64,000 nucleotides of DNA from a bacterium (GCA_963662285.2 CAXXMV010000008.1:1472001-1536000); one strand, 5' to 3'. Shown: positions 31,965 through 42,870, counted from the first letter of the stretch. Numbers and translations are program-made. The notes: generated by a model from the sequence alone, not told the origin.

Positions 31965-34247
31965 ATGGAAAATGAGCCTATAGCATCCGAAAGCATACCT
32001 ATACCAAGAAGAACGGATGTCCCCAGTGTTCAGGATGGTGATGAAGGGATGGAGTTAATCTTCGATCCCTTATGGTTATTGCAGGTCTTTTACCGACATC
32101 ATACAGCCGCAATTCTGATTTTTTTCACAGTCACTTTCATTAGTTTATTTTTCTTTCTTAAAGAACCACCCCAATATAACGCCAAGGCGCGATTAAAGAT
32201 TGAACCTAAAAGACATATATTCAGTTTCGAACAATTGACTAACTTTGAACTTTTTTCGGCTGAGTTTTATGCCACGCAAGTTAAATTACTCCAAAGCCGC
32301 AGTTTGATCAGAGAGATAATTAATACCCAAATTGGCGTTAATGAATTTCTGACTCAAATGCAGTCGAACTATAACATCTTCCGCTCTATTTTTGGAGGAA
32401 CAAGTTCCGCCAATTCTCCACCTCCCTATGTTGCGGACTCCATTTCAACAACGACAACTGAAATAGAAATAATGGCAATCGATTTATATATGAAACATTT
32501 CACAGTATCTCCAGATCGAGTAGCGCCGCAGATTTTTTCTCTATCCTTTACCGCGCCTGATCCTAAATTAGCTGCTTTTCTCGCCAACTACCATACCCAG
32601 TTGTATATCAAAAAAAATACAGATTCAAATGTCTTATATACAGACGAATATATTAATAACTTAAAAAAACAGATAAAATCGCTTGATGAACTGATCAATA
32701 CTAAAAACGAAGTGATCCTCAATTATAAAAAAGATCATGGATTCTTTCAGATTCAAGGAATTAGTTCATTTGATCCGATTCAGGATATTGATGATCGCCT
32801 TTCTCGCGTCAGGGAACAATTGGACAACTCCAATGATACCCTGACTGCTGCGCAATCTTCTTATGAATTCCTATTCGAACCTGACCAGGTTGGCAATATC
32901 GATGCTATTCGTGAAGATGTAATCATTTCGGATTCGCTAGATAAACTTCGCGCCCGCCGTAATGAACTACTGCAAAACTGGGCTGAAATCAAAGATAAGT
33001 ACCTGGAGAAACATCCTCAATATATCAGCATTAAAAGTAAAATTGAATCTGTAGAACAAAGCATAGAAAAAGAAATCTCTATGCATGTAACGCGAGCCAA
33101 AAATGCTTTCGACGAGGCTTTCGCCACCACTACCAAACTCACCAAAGATGAGCAGGATTTAATCAAGGAAAAATATCGCCGCGACCAGGAATGGAACCAA
33201 TTAAATAACCTGGAAAAAACCAAAGAGCAGATGAACAATCAGCGCGCAAAATATTTCAACGATCTTCAAAACGCCGAAAGCAGCCGTGACACTCAACAGC
33301 AAACCCAGAATAGAACCTATGCGATTGTTGATAACGCCGATGTTCCAACCAAACCTATTAACCGGCAATGGTTTAGAATATTGCTGCTCTCGTTCGCCGC
33401 AGGAATCAGTTTATCCATCACTGGAGTGTTATTGATCGAACTTCAGGATAAAAAAATCAGAACGCCGCAACACATTGAACAGGCGACGGGAATCTCGGTC
33501 ATGGGATGCATTCCCTTTTTCAAGAGTTCATCCCTATCTCCTGTAGAAGGAAGATTGAGCCAGCATGAAACGCACACTCCCGCCGGGGAATCCTTCATCG
33601 CGCTTCGAACGAGATTTCTTTTTTCTGAGATGATCAGCCAGACTCAAACAGTGCTAATCACCAGCGCCATGAAAGGAGAGGGTAAAAGTACAGTAACTGT
33701 AAATCTGGCTATTTCATTATGCACATCTGGAAAAAGAGTCGTAATCATCGACTGCGACTTACGTAAACCAAAAATGCACCGGTTTTTCGGCGAATCCGTC
33801 GAACCTGGTTTGTTTGATATTATTAATGACGCCGATAGTATAGAGAATGTACTATTCGAGACTGATGTACCTGGATTATATATAATCCCCGCCGGATCCT
33901 TCTCCGCTAGTCCCAGCGAAGTATTGTCTTCTCCCAGTTTCGATGAAATCATTGAGACGCTTAAAGAAGAGTTTGACTTTGTTCTGCTTGATTCACCTTC
34001 TGTTTTGGCTACTCCAGATCCGACAATTATGGCGCCCAGGGTAGACATGACTCTTCTAGTTATTCGCAGCGGGAAGGTTGTGCAGGATGACATTTTATCC
34101 GCGCTGGATCATATCAAACAAACTGGCGGTTATGTTTACGCCACCATCTTAAATGGCGTTCCTTCAGTAGAACGCAGCGCTTACTCACGGTATGGTTATG
34201 GATACACGCATCAATACAATCCAGAAAATAACGCTCAAACAAGTTAA
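31965..34247 (+). CDS. Wzc/GumC-type polysaccharide co-polymerase tyrosine autokinase
   Basis: Two TMs around a coiled coil, YLEKHP, ITSAMKGEGKS Walker A, IIDCDLRKP, LLDSP, Tyr-rich tail YSRYGYGYTHQY. Confidence 0.92.
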   Translation: MENEPIASESIPIPRRTDVPSVQDGDEGMELIFDPLWLLQVFYRHHTAAILIFFTVTFISLFFFLKEPPQYNAKARLKIEPKRHIFSFEQLTNFELFSAEFYATQVKLLQSRSLIREIINTQIGVNEFLTQMQSNYNIFRSIFGGTSSANSPPPYVADSISTTTTEIEIMAIDLYMKHFTVSPDRVAPQIFSLSFTAPDPKLAAFLANYHTQLYIKKNTDSNVLYTDEYINNLKKQIKSLDELINTKNEVILNYKKDHGFFQIQGISSFDPIQDIDDRLSRVREQLDNSNDTLTAAQSSYEFLFEPDQVGNIDAIREDVIISDSLDKLRARRNELLQNWAEIKDKYLEKHPQYISIKSKIESVEQSIEKEISMHVTRAKNAFDEAFATTTKLTKDEQDLIKEKYRRDQEWNQLNNLEKTKEQMNNQRAKYFNDLQNAESSRDTQQQTQNRTYAIVDNADVPTKPINRQWFRILLLSFAAGISLSITGVLLIELQDKKIRTPQHIEQATGISVMGCIPFFKSSSLSPVEGRLSQHETHTPAGESFIALRTRFLFSEMISQTQTVLITSAMKGEGKSTVTVNLAISLCTSGKRVVIIDCDLRKPKMHRFFGESVEPGLFDIINDADSIENVLFETDVPGLYIIPAGSFSASPSEVLSSPSFDEIIETLKEEFDFVLLDSPSVLATPDPTIMAPRVDMTLLVIRSGKVVQDDILSALDHIKQTGGYVYATILNGVPSVERSAYSRYGYGYTHQYNPENNAQTS

Positions 34248-34291
34248 AGAAATTTTGCATAATTAATGAATATGCATGAGGTTAATGCAAT

Positions 34292-34711
34292 ATGTTTGAT
34301 ACTTTTCTCCATTTCACCGGATCGTTTATAATTACTATGTGTTTTTTGATGTTCTTATTAAGCAGGTCGCCAAAACGGCGTGATAGCGCTCCACGTTTCT
34401 GGGATTCTGAAAGCAAAATGCGAAAATCGCTGTTTACCATAATCTTCGCTTTCTCTCTAATCGCAGCAGTTGTATTTGGCATCGCTAAAGAATGGATAGA
34501 TAGTCTGGGTTTCGGCAATGTTGAATTCAAGGATTTCTTCGCTGATATTGCTGGAATCTGGGTTGGCGTTTTCTTTACATACAAAAAATCAAAAAAAGAA
34601 AACCGGATCAAACGAAGCCTCTCGTTTCAATCCCAAAGCCAAGTTACATCCAAAGATGGTTGGAGCCCAAACCAGGCCCCCATCTTCACCCCGGATGACG
34701 ACCGGGATTAA
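34292..34711 (+). CDS. VanZ-like membrane protein
   Basis: DTFLHF, GIAKEWID, DFFADIAGI. Confidence 0.6.
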   Translation: MFDTFLHFTGSFIITMCFLMFLLSRSPKRRDSAPRFWDSESKMRKSLFTIIFAFSLIAAVVFGIAKEWIDSLGFGNVEFKDFFADIAGIWVGVFFTYKKSKKENRIKRSLSFQSQSQVTSKDGWSPNQAPIFTPDDDRD

Positions 34712-34727
34712 AGAGAGTAAACTACAT

Positions 34728-36782
34728 CTAATATTTTTCCGGCGTTGAAACGCCAGCTGGCGAATTACCTATGCTCTTTTCTTCAACCACTACGTCGTTA
34801 CGTTCGATCCGCATAGTACATCCCGGATCACCGGTCTGGTTAAACAGTACTCGCGCCATCATGCCTTTATAACGAATCACAACGCCTTTGCGGTTCTCTT
34901 CATCAATTCTCTCAACCATCGCCTCCTCATTTCCACTTGATAATGATGCGTGCAATACATGGAGAAAGATATCATTTTCATTAGCTGCGGTTGGCGACGC
35001 CTCAATGCGCCAGGCGCCTGATTCAGGATCGCTCTTACTATCTGGTGGATAATTCTGTCCATTGACCCAGTATTCTTTTCCCTGACCTCCAACCAGCTGC
35101 GCATTATGCTCCTCAGGAAATATTGTATAACCAACCAATCGACCACTCTTCTGCTCAATGGTAAATTGATTCCCTTCTTGAAGAGGTTTGTTGATGCTAT
35201 GCAGATGCCATGTTTTCTTGAAGTCTTTGTCAGTTGACTGCACCCTGTCAAAAATCACAAAAAGATCAGGTTGAATATGAACAAACTGCCGGGTGAACCA
35301 CTTCATCTTTTTAGGATTATAAGCGCGAGCAGCGTCGCCGCAGATATAGGTAAAATTTTCCGAAGCATAAAACTGCGTGATATCGGCAATATCCAAAGCA
35401 GGATTTTTATCGAATTCTCCCACCCGGGTAGTAGTCGTTCCACGCAATTGCCCGCCATCATTAGAGCCGCCTTCTCCACCGGGCGCCCATACCTGAGATG
35501 AGAATGTCTCATCTGGATCGAATACGGTTATACTATTATGGGCTATAGTTCTGCAATAATAATTAGTACGGTGCCCACTATACTCATTCACGCCGCTATC
35601 AATAGCCAGACTGCCGCCTTTATGAATCACAAATGTATTAGCGTCTACATGCTGATGTCCGGCGTAGAAATCTCCGCATTGAAACAAGGAGAACGTATCA
35701 TCTTTCGAGGTCCAACCGGAACGGCTCACCACCCAGCCCAGTTTTTTGAAATGCCGCGCCAGAGGCAATGATTCAGGTGAGCGAGGCGCCAGTTTCGGAT
35801 CGCGCCACAGGATTTCTTTCCATGCTTTTTGCCCGTAGTTCCATTCAATCTGGTCGCCCAGCCATTGGGCGTAACCATCCTGACAACGGGCGCCCACCAG
35901 ATGAATGAATGATTTAAGGTTCTCGCCGGGAGATACTCCTGACGGGCAATCCTCCGCTTTTACTAATGAGTCATCATGCGGTCTCAGACAATACAGATGC
36001 CATAGTGATTGAGTTTTGAAATATGAAGAATTCTTGAACAGGTCTTCGCCAGCGGCGACTCTCCACATTTCCGCCGTATACGCCAACGGAAGCGCATAGC
36101 CCCAATCGTTATAAGAAAATCCTTCCGCCTGACCACCATCTTCTCCGGCGATTTCATCGGCGGCGGGGATGGCATGATTGATCAAAAAATCCTCGCCTAT
36201 CTTCAAAAACCTATCGGCGGAACGATCATCAACGCCGTCGCCATGCAGGACTACTCCGATATAAATTACCGCCAAAGTTTCATTAATGAAGTGATTATTG
36301 AAGTCGCTATGGCGCCATAAGGTTAAAACATAGTCGCCCATCGCAACAAAAGTCTTGGCGTAACGCTGCTTCTCCGCATCGCTTAATTGGTCGTAAATCC
36401 AATCATAACAGATCACGGCAGCGCGAATATACTCTGGAGTCATATATTGGTTGCGCGGCGGATTGGCGCTTAAGGCTTCGAGATACTCTTTGGTTTTATC
36501 AGCGTACTGCTTATCGCCTTCAACGATATATAAAAAAGCAGGCAGCAGCATGTTGGTCATGTGGCTGTAATCAACGCCCGCCTGTTGTTCCAAAATCCAA
36601 CGTGAGCCAAGGAGTTTATCATAAACCGGTTTGTACTCATTCTGGCAGCGTTGTTTTATATCGGATACCATATCCGTGGTGATATAAATTCTCGGATGAC
36701 CGGTTCGGATTTCAGCAGCGGCGCACAACATCGGCGCAACAACAAGCAACGCAAAAACCACTTGCAAAAGATAACGTTTCAT
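34728..36782 (-). CDS. Heparinase II/III-like (DUF4962-type) secreted protein
   Basis: HPRIY, EGFSY, SRSGW, GHQHVDANTF, LAIDSG, RTIAHNSI, FVIFDRV. Confidence 0.85.
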   Translation of the reverse strand: MKRYLLQVVFALLVVAPMLCAAAEIRTGHPRIYITTDMVSDIKQRCQNEYKPVYDKLLGSRWILEQQAGVDYSHMTNMLLPAFLYIVEGDKQYADKTKEYLEALSANPPRNQYMTPEYIRAAVICYDWIYDQLSDAEKQRYAKTFVAMGDYVLTLWRHSDFNNHFINETLAVIYIGVVLHGDGVDDRSADRFLKIGEDFLINHAIPAADEIAGEDGGQAEGFSYNDWGYALPLAYTAEMWRVAAGEDLFKNSSYFKTQSLWHLYCLRPHDDSLVKAEDCPSGVSPGENLKSFIHLVGARCQDGYAQWLGDQIEWNYGQKAWKEILWRDPKLAPRSPESLPLARHFKKLGWVVSRSGWTSKDDTFSLFQCGDFYAGHQHVDANTFVIHKGGSLAIDSGVNEYSGHRTNYYCRTIAHNSITVFDPDETFSSQVWAPGGEGGSNDGGQLRGTTTTRVGEFDKNPALDIADITQFYASENFTYICGDAARAYNPKKMKWFTRQFVHIQPDLFVIFDRVQSTDKDFKKTWHLHSINKPLQEGNQFTIEQKSGRLVGYTIFPEEHNAQLVGGQGKEYWVNGQNYPPDSKSDPESGAWRIEASPTAANENDIFLHVLHASLSSGNEEAMVERIDEENRKGVVIRYKGMMARVLFNQTGDPGCTMRIERNDVVVEEKSIGNSPAGVSTPEKY

Positions 36783-36826
36783 AATGAATACCTCTCCTTA
36801 TGCAACATTCAAACCTTCATCTTCAA

Positions 36827-38998
36827 CTACCATAATGATAGGACGAAAAGCATCCGGTTGTTATGGGGCAGCCAGGGTTCATTACATTGATACTCACCAG
36901 TAGGGATAGGATTCATATCCAACCAGGGGCGGTCAGTCCAGGGCCAGGAGCGCGTGATGCCATTCACCACGGCGCCAATCACCGCGCCATTGGGACAAGC
37001 CGGTAACGTATTATATCTATGATGATATTGAGGAACAAAATAATCGCCAACCCCTTCCATCATCGAAGCATTAAATGGATTAAGCCCCAGAATCCAATGT
37101 ATTTGATTTTCGGCGATAGTGCGCCCTTCATGCAAACCTAACTTATCCAACAACATTCCATCATAGGCCGCATCGAGCAATTCACGGCTTCCGCCGACAT
37201 ACCAGGAATTGATCTCTTCATATTCCATGAAGTATATCCTTTTGCCATCACTACCGCCGCGTTGGATAATTCCGAAAAACTTGTCGCAACTATTCTTGAG
37301 TTGTTCTAATTTATTTTGCGCCATATCTTTGATCGGCTCGACAATATCATGATCGGGAAATCTGATAGCCAATTCAGCCAACTCGCGGAAATGGGATACT
37401 CCCTTATCACCGGCCTCAATCATTTTCAACGCCCGATCAAATATTTGTTGTTTATATTGCTCTTTCTGCGTTGCATCATACAAAGCGATCACCACCGGTA
37501 ACGGGCCGCCTCTTTTCTCGAAAAATTTCTCTGCAATCTCAATATATCGTTTTGAGTCCGGCGCATGTTTGGCCAGCAATGCAAAAGATACCGCCAAGTG
37601 GGTTGCATCGCCATTCCAATCATTCACAGGTCGTTCATCTCCCGTGTTGATCTTGTTATCGGTTTCGTCTTCCGGGATGCCCCAATAGCGATAGCCAGTA
37701 CTGACCTGTCCAATCAAGCGCATTGTGGTAAGGTCGATGCATTTCTCCAGAAAGGCCGCGCCCCATAACGCTTCATCCAACAAATCGCATACTCCATCAC
37801 CATTGCGGTCAAATTGATCGAAATAATCCTTCTTGCAGTCATAAGCCTGAATCAGTGCATAGAACGACTCGGGCGTGTATCCGTTGTATTTGTTATAGTC
37901 GCCTGCATCATGCCAACCGCCGGACAGGTCGCGATACGTCCCATCAGCAAACACCGCATCATCCATGTGACAGGCGGCGTGAAAACCGGGGATTGCCATG
38001 CCGCAACGCTGATAATAAAAGAACTCATAAGCAGGCCGGGCAGCCTGCTCAATAACTACCGAATCAGCGATAGTAAAAGGAACAGAAAAAATCTGGTTGC
38101 TTCTTATTTTAGCTTTAATCACATAATTGCCGGGAGTTTTTACATCATTAAAATCCGCCCGCCAATAAGTGCGGTCAAAATCAGCTAAATATCCCAGCGA
38201 TTCCCATCTGGCTTCTTTGATAACTTTCTGAGATTCCAAATGAATGAGTTGAAATGTGGTTGGCGCAGGTTGTTCTTGGGATGATTGCTGTAAGAGCGCC
38301 ATTTTCGCTTTCGATCCGGTCTCGTAACCAATTTGGTCTACCAGAATCAGCGATTGTTCACGACGAATCAAATCAATATTAACTTCATCTATATAGAACG
38401 GTTTATTATCTTCAGTAATGATCGCCAGCTGAGCCTGATGAGCGCCGTCGGGACGCATCGACTCAATAATAAGTTCCCGCCATCCAGCATCCTTGGCGCC
38501 GGTTTGACAAGATTGATCAATATATATCAATTCAACTGGACGGCGTCTTCCAAAACGGGAAAACCAACGTACTTCCAGCGAGATTTCATGCTCATCCAAT
38601 GCATTGAACCATACGCTGGCTCGAAAAGTTTGGATATCTCTATCCATGCGGTAAGCAATAGTACGAACGCCATAGACTCCGGATTTATTGCTTAATTGCC
38701 GCTTTCCCTCCCCCGCGTTGAAACTGCTGTAGTATTCAGTTCCACTGGTTATTTCCTCATCACTCACCATCACCTTGAGCGATGATTTGCCTTGATAAGC
38801 GAATTCATCAGTGATTTTTAATGCAGAATGCAAGTCATCCGTTAATCCAAGAGGATACCAACCAATAATATTTAATTGACTATTCTCGAAGGATGGATTT
38901 GGAGCTAGGTTTAAGCATAGCTCAGTTTCAGAGAATGAATGTGATGCAATAAAAAGAAAGACGATAAGTCTGAAAAACAATCCATATCTGTTTATCAT
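36827..38998 (-). CDS. Glycoside hydrolase family 9 with N-terminal CBM-like and Ig-like domains
   Basis: DQIGY, FFYYQRCG, CHMDDA, DLSGGWHDAGDYNK, WILGLNPF..SMM.G.G, NEPW; start reassigned to MINRYG. Confidence 0.87.
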   Translation of the reverse strand: MINRYGLFFRLIVFLFIASHSFSETELCLNLAPNPSFENSQLNIIGWYPLGLTDDLHSALKITDEFAYQGKSSLKVMVSDEEITSGTEYYSSFNAGEGKRQLSNKSGVYGVRTIAYRMDRDIQTFRASVWFNALDEHEISLEVRWFSRFGRRRPVELIYIDQSCQTGAKDAGWRELIIESMRPDGAHQAQLAIITEDNKPFYIDEVNIDLIRREQSLILVDQIGYETGSKAKMALLQQSSQEQPAPTTFQLIHLESQKVIKEARWESLGYLADFDRTYWRADFNDVKTPGNYVIKAKIRSNQIFSVPFTIADSVVIEQAARPAYEFFYYQRCGMAIPGFHAACHMDDAVFADGTYRDLSGGWHDAGDYNKYNGYTPESFYALIQAYDCKKDYFDQFDRNGDGVCDLLDEALWGAAFLEKCIDLTTMRLIGQVSTGYRYWGIPEDETDNKINTGDERPVNDWNGDATHLAVSFALLAKHAPDSKRYIEIAEKFFEKRGGPLPVVIALYDATQKEQYKQQIFDRALKMIEAGDKGVSHFRELAELAIRFPDHDIVEPIKDMAQNKLEQLKNSCDKFFGIIQRGGSDGKRIYFMEYEEINSWYVGGSRELLDAAYDGMLLDKLGLHEGRTIAENQIHWILGLNPFNASMMEGVGDYFVPQYHHRYNTLPACPNGAVIGAVVNGITRSWPWTDRPWLDMNPIPTGEYQCNEPWLPHNNRMLFVLSLW

Positions 38999-39011
38999 TT
39001 TCGAATTCACT

Positions 39012-39638
39012 CTAATCTCCTCCAGAAGTTCCCATTCTTGCGCCGCCGCCATAACGACCAATGTCACCCAGGCTGACCAGACCATTCGATGAAGAATACA
39101 TAGCAAGGTTTCCCCCTTTTATATTTCCCACTGCATAATTCAAGGGCGCCCAAACGCTTCCGCTATCGATTTTATCCGGACCAAAACTGGCTATGCCATA
39201 GCCTTTGAAAAAACTATGATTTGAAAAAAACGTCCCGGCGCTGGAATCATTACGCGCCCAATTTCCGTTATAACTTACATAAGTATAATAGCGGAAATTG
39301 GATGGGCCGCCGGTTCCCCAGTTTCCTTCTCCAAAAGGGTCTTGTTGTTCGATAGAAGTCATATATGCCACAGGCGTAGTCAAGCATATCAAACTACCGG
39401 TGGTATATCCACCCCGGCTATTGGGAAAATTGCCATAGGGATAATCATTCTGATCAATAATATATGCCTCACAAGCTGTACCGATAGCCTGCATATCTGC
39501 GCGCACTCGAGCAATTTTAGCCCGTATTTGAGCATTGAGAAAATTTGGTACTGCAATAGCGGCCAGTATGCCAATGATGGCGACCACAATTAAAAGTTCG
39601 ATTAAAGTAAATGCTTTTAAATTCACTTTTCTATCCAT
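39012..39638 (-). CDS. Prepilin-type N-terminal cleavage/methylation protein (pseudopilin) 2
   Basis: LKA|FTLIELLIVVAIIGILAAIAVPNF; LTTPVAY, QDPF, SFGPD, YSSSNGLVSLGDI. Confidence 0.9.
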   Translation of the reverse strand: MDRKVNLKAFTLIELLIVVAIIGILAAIAVPNFLNAQIRAKIARVRADMQAIGTACEAYIIDQNDYPYGNFPNSRGGYTTGSLICLTTPVAYMTSIEQQDPFGEGNWGTGGPSNFRYYTYVSYNGNWARNDSSAGTFFSNHSFFKGYGIASFGPDKIDSGSVWAPLNYAVGNIKGGNLAMYSSSNGLVSLGDIGRYGGGARMGTSGGD

Positions 39639-39714
39639 TAAAAAATCCTTTATAACATTTCTAAAAAATATACGCCCAGGTGAAATCTCTTCCACCCGGG
39701 CATCAAACTATAAA

Positions 39715-39837
39715 GTATAGTGGGCTAAAAGCCGAAAAGTAGGGTGGGCTAAAAGCGAAGCGTAGCCCACCAAAAACCACTTATGTATTTCCAACAAAAA
39801 GCAAAGCGCAGCCCACCACAACCACTGATGTATTTCC
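39715..39837 (+). repeat. Cluster of GTAG-type REPs (full copy 39739-39771 plus partial and tandem-duplicated copies)
   Basis: GTAGGGTGGGCTAAAAGCGAAGCGTAGCCCACC; 39751-39792 is imperfectly repeated at 39797-39837. Confidence 0.85.
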
Positions 39838-42575
39838 TAATAAATCGACCAATCAACCACGCTAGTCGGACGTTCAATGAAATAGATTCTTTCAACGCCA
39901 GCGCCATTCCAGGGGAAAGTAGTATGATTGGAAGCGAACCATTGCAATGCTCCATCATCATAATCAATCGCCAGGATGCAGAATCCGATCATATCTCCCA
40001 CAGTCGGAGGGAAGACTTCGTTTGCGAAAGCGCCTGTCATGGAATCCCAGGGGATGCGAACTTCAATGGCGTAATTACCGTCATCTTCCAATTTCCCGGC
40101 ATATTCAACCTGATCGAATAAATCCTGCGCCAGCCATCCTCCAAATGCATTCTTATATAGAACATTGGAGTCGCCATCATCAATCGCCAGAGTCGGAATG
40201 AACATTTCATTGGTGTCTAAACTATCCGGCGATTCAGCAAATACAAACTGTAAAGCATCAGCGCCATTAGGATCAGGGCCTACAAATGAATTAATATCAT
40301 CCACTGCGCTTAGCGCCGCATAGAAGTTTTCATCATCCCACATAAAATAATAGGTTCCATTGAAATCATCTAACGGAGTTACTTGTTGCGCACTATCATT
40401 ATTAATACCGCCATGAACCAAATCAACGAAATATGGATCATTAACGCCATTCAAAGTATCAGAATTAATTACTATAGACTGGGCGCCGGCATATTCTTCA
40501 GCGGATACCTGCCCATCAATGGTTATGCTCTGACCAGCATCTAGACGAACCGCATTAACCGGCCACCCCAGTTCTTGTTCTTTGGCGTAAATAGTCACGA
40601 AAATATCATCCAGATAAATCGGTTGTCCGGCTGCTACGTTAGAGAAGAGTTCCAGGGAAATATACTCGCGTTCATGAGGTTCATTGTTGAGTATCAAAGT
40701 TTGTTCAAACTGAACCCATTGATCATTCTGATCTATGGCAATGTGGCCGGAGAGGTTTTCCTGCCCATCGACTTTCTCGTTCAGGCGAACCCACAAATCG
40801 GTAAGTTCCGTCCCACTTGGGACAAAGTACATTCCCTTTACTGTGACGCGGGCATTCTTGGGAATGGCAGTATTATAACCATCCAGTTTCTGCCAAATGG
40901 CATGGTATCCGCCGACGCCATTAATGCGCAGAGCGTTGTCGCCCGAATAAACAACATCGGATTGCACAATAAAGTCAGTAATAACGCCTTCGGTGTTACG
41001 AATTATCCAAGGTTCCAATCCGCTCTCGAAACTGTTATTTAGAATATGTTCATCCAGAAAGCGGATCCAATCAATTTCGACCAAAGCATCTTCTGCAACG
41101 GAATTGGGGAAATCAAACCTAATCCGGTTTATTTCGCCTTTCCAATCTTGCTTATCGACATCAATAAAAGCTGTAAACCATTCATTGTTTACCGGAACTG
41201 AATACACGCTTGAACCATGCCCGCCTACTGTCGGGAACCAGAACATTTCCGGCCCGGCCATACCAGCGCCAGTATTGATTCTCATGCGGATTGCCGCGCC
41301 GCCATACCGTGGAGCGGGGAAAGGACCATTCGGACCAAACAGGTATGGATCATCTAAACCAGCAGGATAAGTCAATGTCAACAGGCCATCCGCAACATTG
41401 ATATTCTCCACCAGATTGCCTTCATTCCAACCCTGATCATCGCCATCGGTATTGAATTCCCAATTGGCGTCGGGGAAAGTCTCCAACACAACGATATCTT
41501 CCGGTTCTTGAACATCGATGAATATATCATCGACATAGAAAACCTTACCGGCAGGATTTTTGGAATAGAGTTGCGCTTTGAGCGAGGTCCGTTCAGCAGG
41601 CTCCATATCTAAAACCAGCGTGCTAGAGAATTGCGCCCACTGATCGAATGTTGTTATTTCAATTGGAGCACTAGTCAGTTCAGCACCGCCATTCGATTCA
41701 CGAACGCGGAACCAGAACGTCGAGTCGGCGTCCCAACTATCCGCCGGAATATTATAAGCCCCGAACACGCTGACCAGAGAACCTTTTGCAATATCTACGC
41801 CATTAAGGATTTCCTGTTCCAAGGCATGATAATTTGAATCAGCTGTACCCAGACCAGTTATTTGCAAAGACGCATACTCAGAGAATGAAATATCTCCAGT
41901 GATTCTAAAATCATCTTCCGTCCCGGCGCCGATCTGTTCCCAGGGGCTGAAACCATCAAAATAATATTCTTCAAAATTATTATTCTCCACCCCGTAATCA
42001 ACCAGGCGGATCCAGTCAATTTCCACTTTGTAATCCAGGATAACATTATCGGCCAGGTCAAAGCGGTAATTATTGATCATCCCCTGCCAAGGCTGCTGCT
42101 CATTTCCTTCCAGCAAATTGACATATACAACGAACCATCCATTATCTTCCGGCCACCAATCAGCAATATTAGAGCCGTATGGTTTATTCCCATGTCCGGG
42201 TAAACCTTCTACCGGATCTGCAGGAAAATAATAAATATTCGGACCCGATCCAAAATCTTCGGGATAGACATCAACTCCTTCATCGACGAATGACCAGCGC
42301 ATTCTCATCTGTACGCCGGTCGCCCGGTCGCCGTCATAAGGACCGAATGGGCCATTTACATAAGGATCGCCTGTCCCGGCCAGCACGGTTGCAACCAGCG
42401 AACCGTCAATAACTTCTAATGAATTTATCCCGTTTCCAATACTCCAACCTTCGCGATTGCCATCAGTGTTAAATTCCGCCGCCGTTGTATACAGCGGCAT
42501 ACATAGCACTGCCATGACTCCAAATGTTAATAAAACCTGAAATACATGTCTTGTTCTTAAAATGTTTCGATTCAT
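39837..42575 (-). CDS. Acidic secreted multi-domain carbohydrate-binding protein (duplicated CBM-like module plus C-terminal CBM9-like domain)
   Basis: Twice EFNTDG..GW...DPY..GP.GP...IDWIR; ITIDG...YFMWDDENFY...YAIEVRIPW (CBM9-like); ends PTSVVDWSIY. Confidence 0.75.
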   Translation of the reverse strand: MNRNILRTRHVFQVLLTFGVMAVLCMPLYTTAAEFNTDGNREGWSIGNGINSLEVIDGSLVATVLAGTGDPYVNGPFGPYDGDRATGVQMRMRWSFVDEGVDVYPEDFGSGPNIYYFPADPVEGLPGHGNKPYGSNIADWWPEDNGWFVVYVNLLEGNEQQPWQGMINNYRFDLADNVILDYKVEIDWIRLVDYGVENNNFEEYYFDGFSPWEQIGAGTEDDFRITGDISFSEYASLQITGLGTADSNYHALEQEILNGVDIAKGSLVSVFGAYNIPADSWDADSTFWFRVRESNGGAELTSAPIEITTFDQWAQFSSTLVLDMEPAERTSLKAQLYSKNPAGKVFYVDDIFIDVQEPEDIVVLETFPDANWEFNTDGDDQGWNEGNLVENINVADGLLTLTYPAGLDDPYLFGPNGPFPAPRYGGAAIRMRINTGAGMAGPEMFWFPTVGGHGSSVYSVPVNNEWFTAFIDVDKQDWKGEINRIRFDFPNSVAEDALVEIDWIRFLDEHILNNSFESGLEPWIIRNTEGVITDFIVQSDVVYSGDNALRINGVGGYHAIWQKLDGYNTAIPKNARVTVKGMYFVPSGTELTDLWVRLNEKVDGQENLSGHIAIDQNDQWVQFEQTLILNNEPHEREYISLELFSNVAAGQPIYLDDIFVTIYAKEQELGWPVNAVRLDAGQSITIDGQVSAEEYAGAQSIVINSDTLNGVNDPYFVDLVHGGINNDSAQQVTPLDDFNGTYYFMWDDENFYAALSAVDDINSFVGPDPNGADALQFVFAESPDSLDTNEMFIPTLAIDDGDSNVLYKNAFGGWLAQDLFDQVEYAGKLEDDGNYAIEVRIPWDSMTGAFANEVFPPTVGDMIGFCILAIDYDDGALQWFASNHTTFPWNGAGVERIYFIERPTSVVDWSIY

Positions 42576-42841
42576 TTCTTTTCTCCCTAATAAATTTTTC
42601 ATCAATGCATTTCAGCAATGCATTGATAATCACTATAAATCCATCATCAATACTAACATTTCATATTATTATGTTTCAAGACTGGTCACAAAAAAATCAC
42701 ACAAATACCGAAAATTTCCATAACAATGACTGATTATGGTTAATTTTGGCAAGAATAATATGATTAACGAGAATTTCTCTATCTTCACCGGTCTTTATCC
42801 CATGTAAATTGGTGGAAAATAGCCATTGAGCATTTTTTTTC

Positions 42842-42870
42842 TTGACAACTCAATTGATTTTTAATAAATT
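42842..42870 (+). promoter_or_regulatory. Sigma70-type promoter
   Basis: TTGACA (42842-42847), 17 bp, TAAATT (42865-42870). Confidence 0.7.

Noticed and set aside
38999-39106. Apparent 95-bp overlap between GH9 and pseudopilin 2
   Set aside because: Artefact of the longest-ORF start; the signal peptide begins at ATG 38998
39715-39837. Possible CRISPR array
   Set aside because: Repeats are degenerate REP palindromes without regular unique spacers, and no cas genes are present
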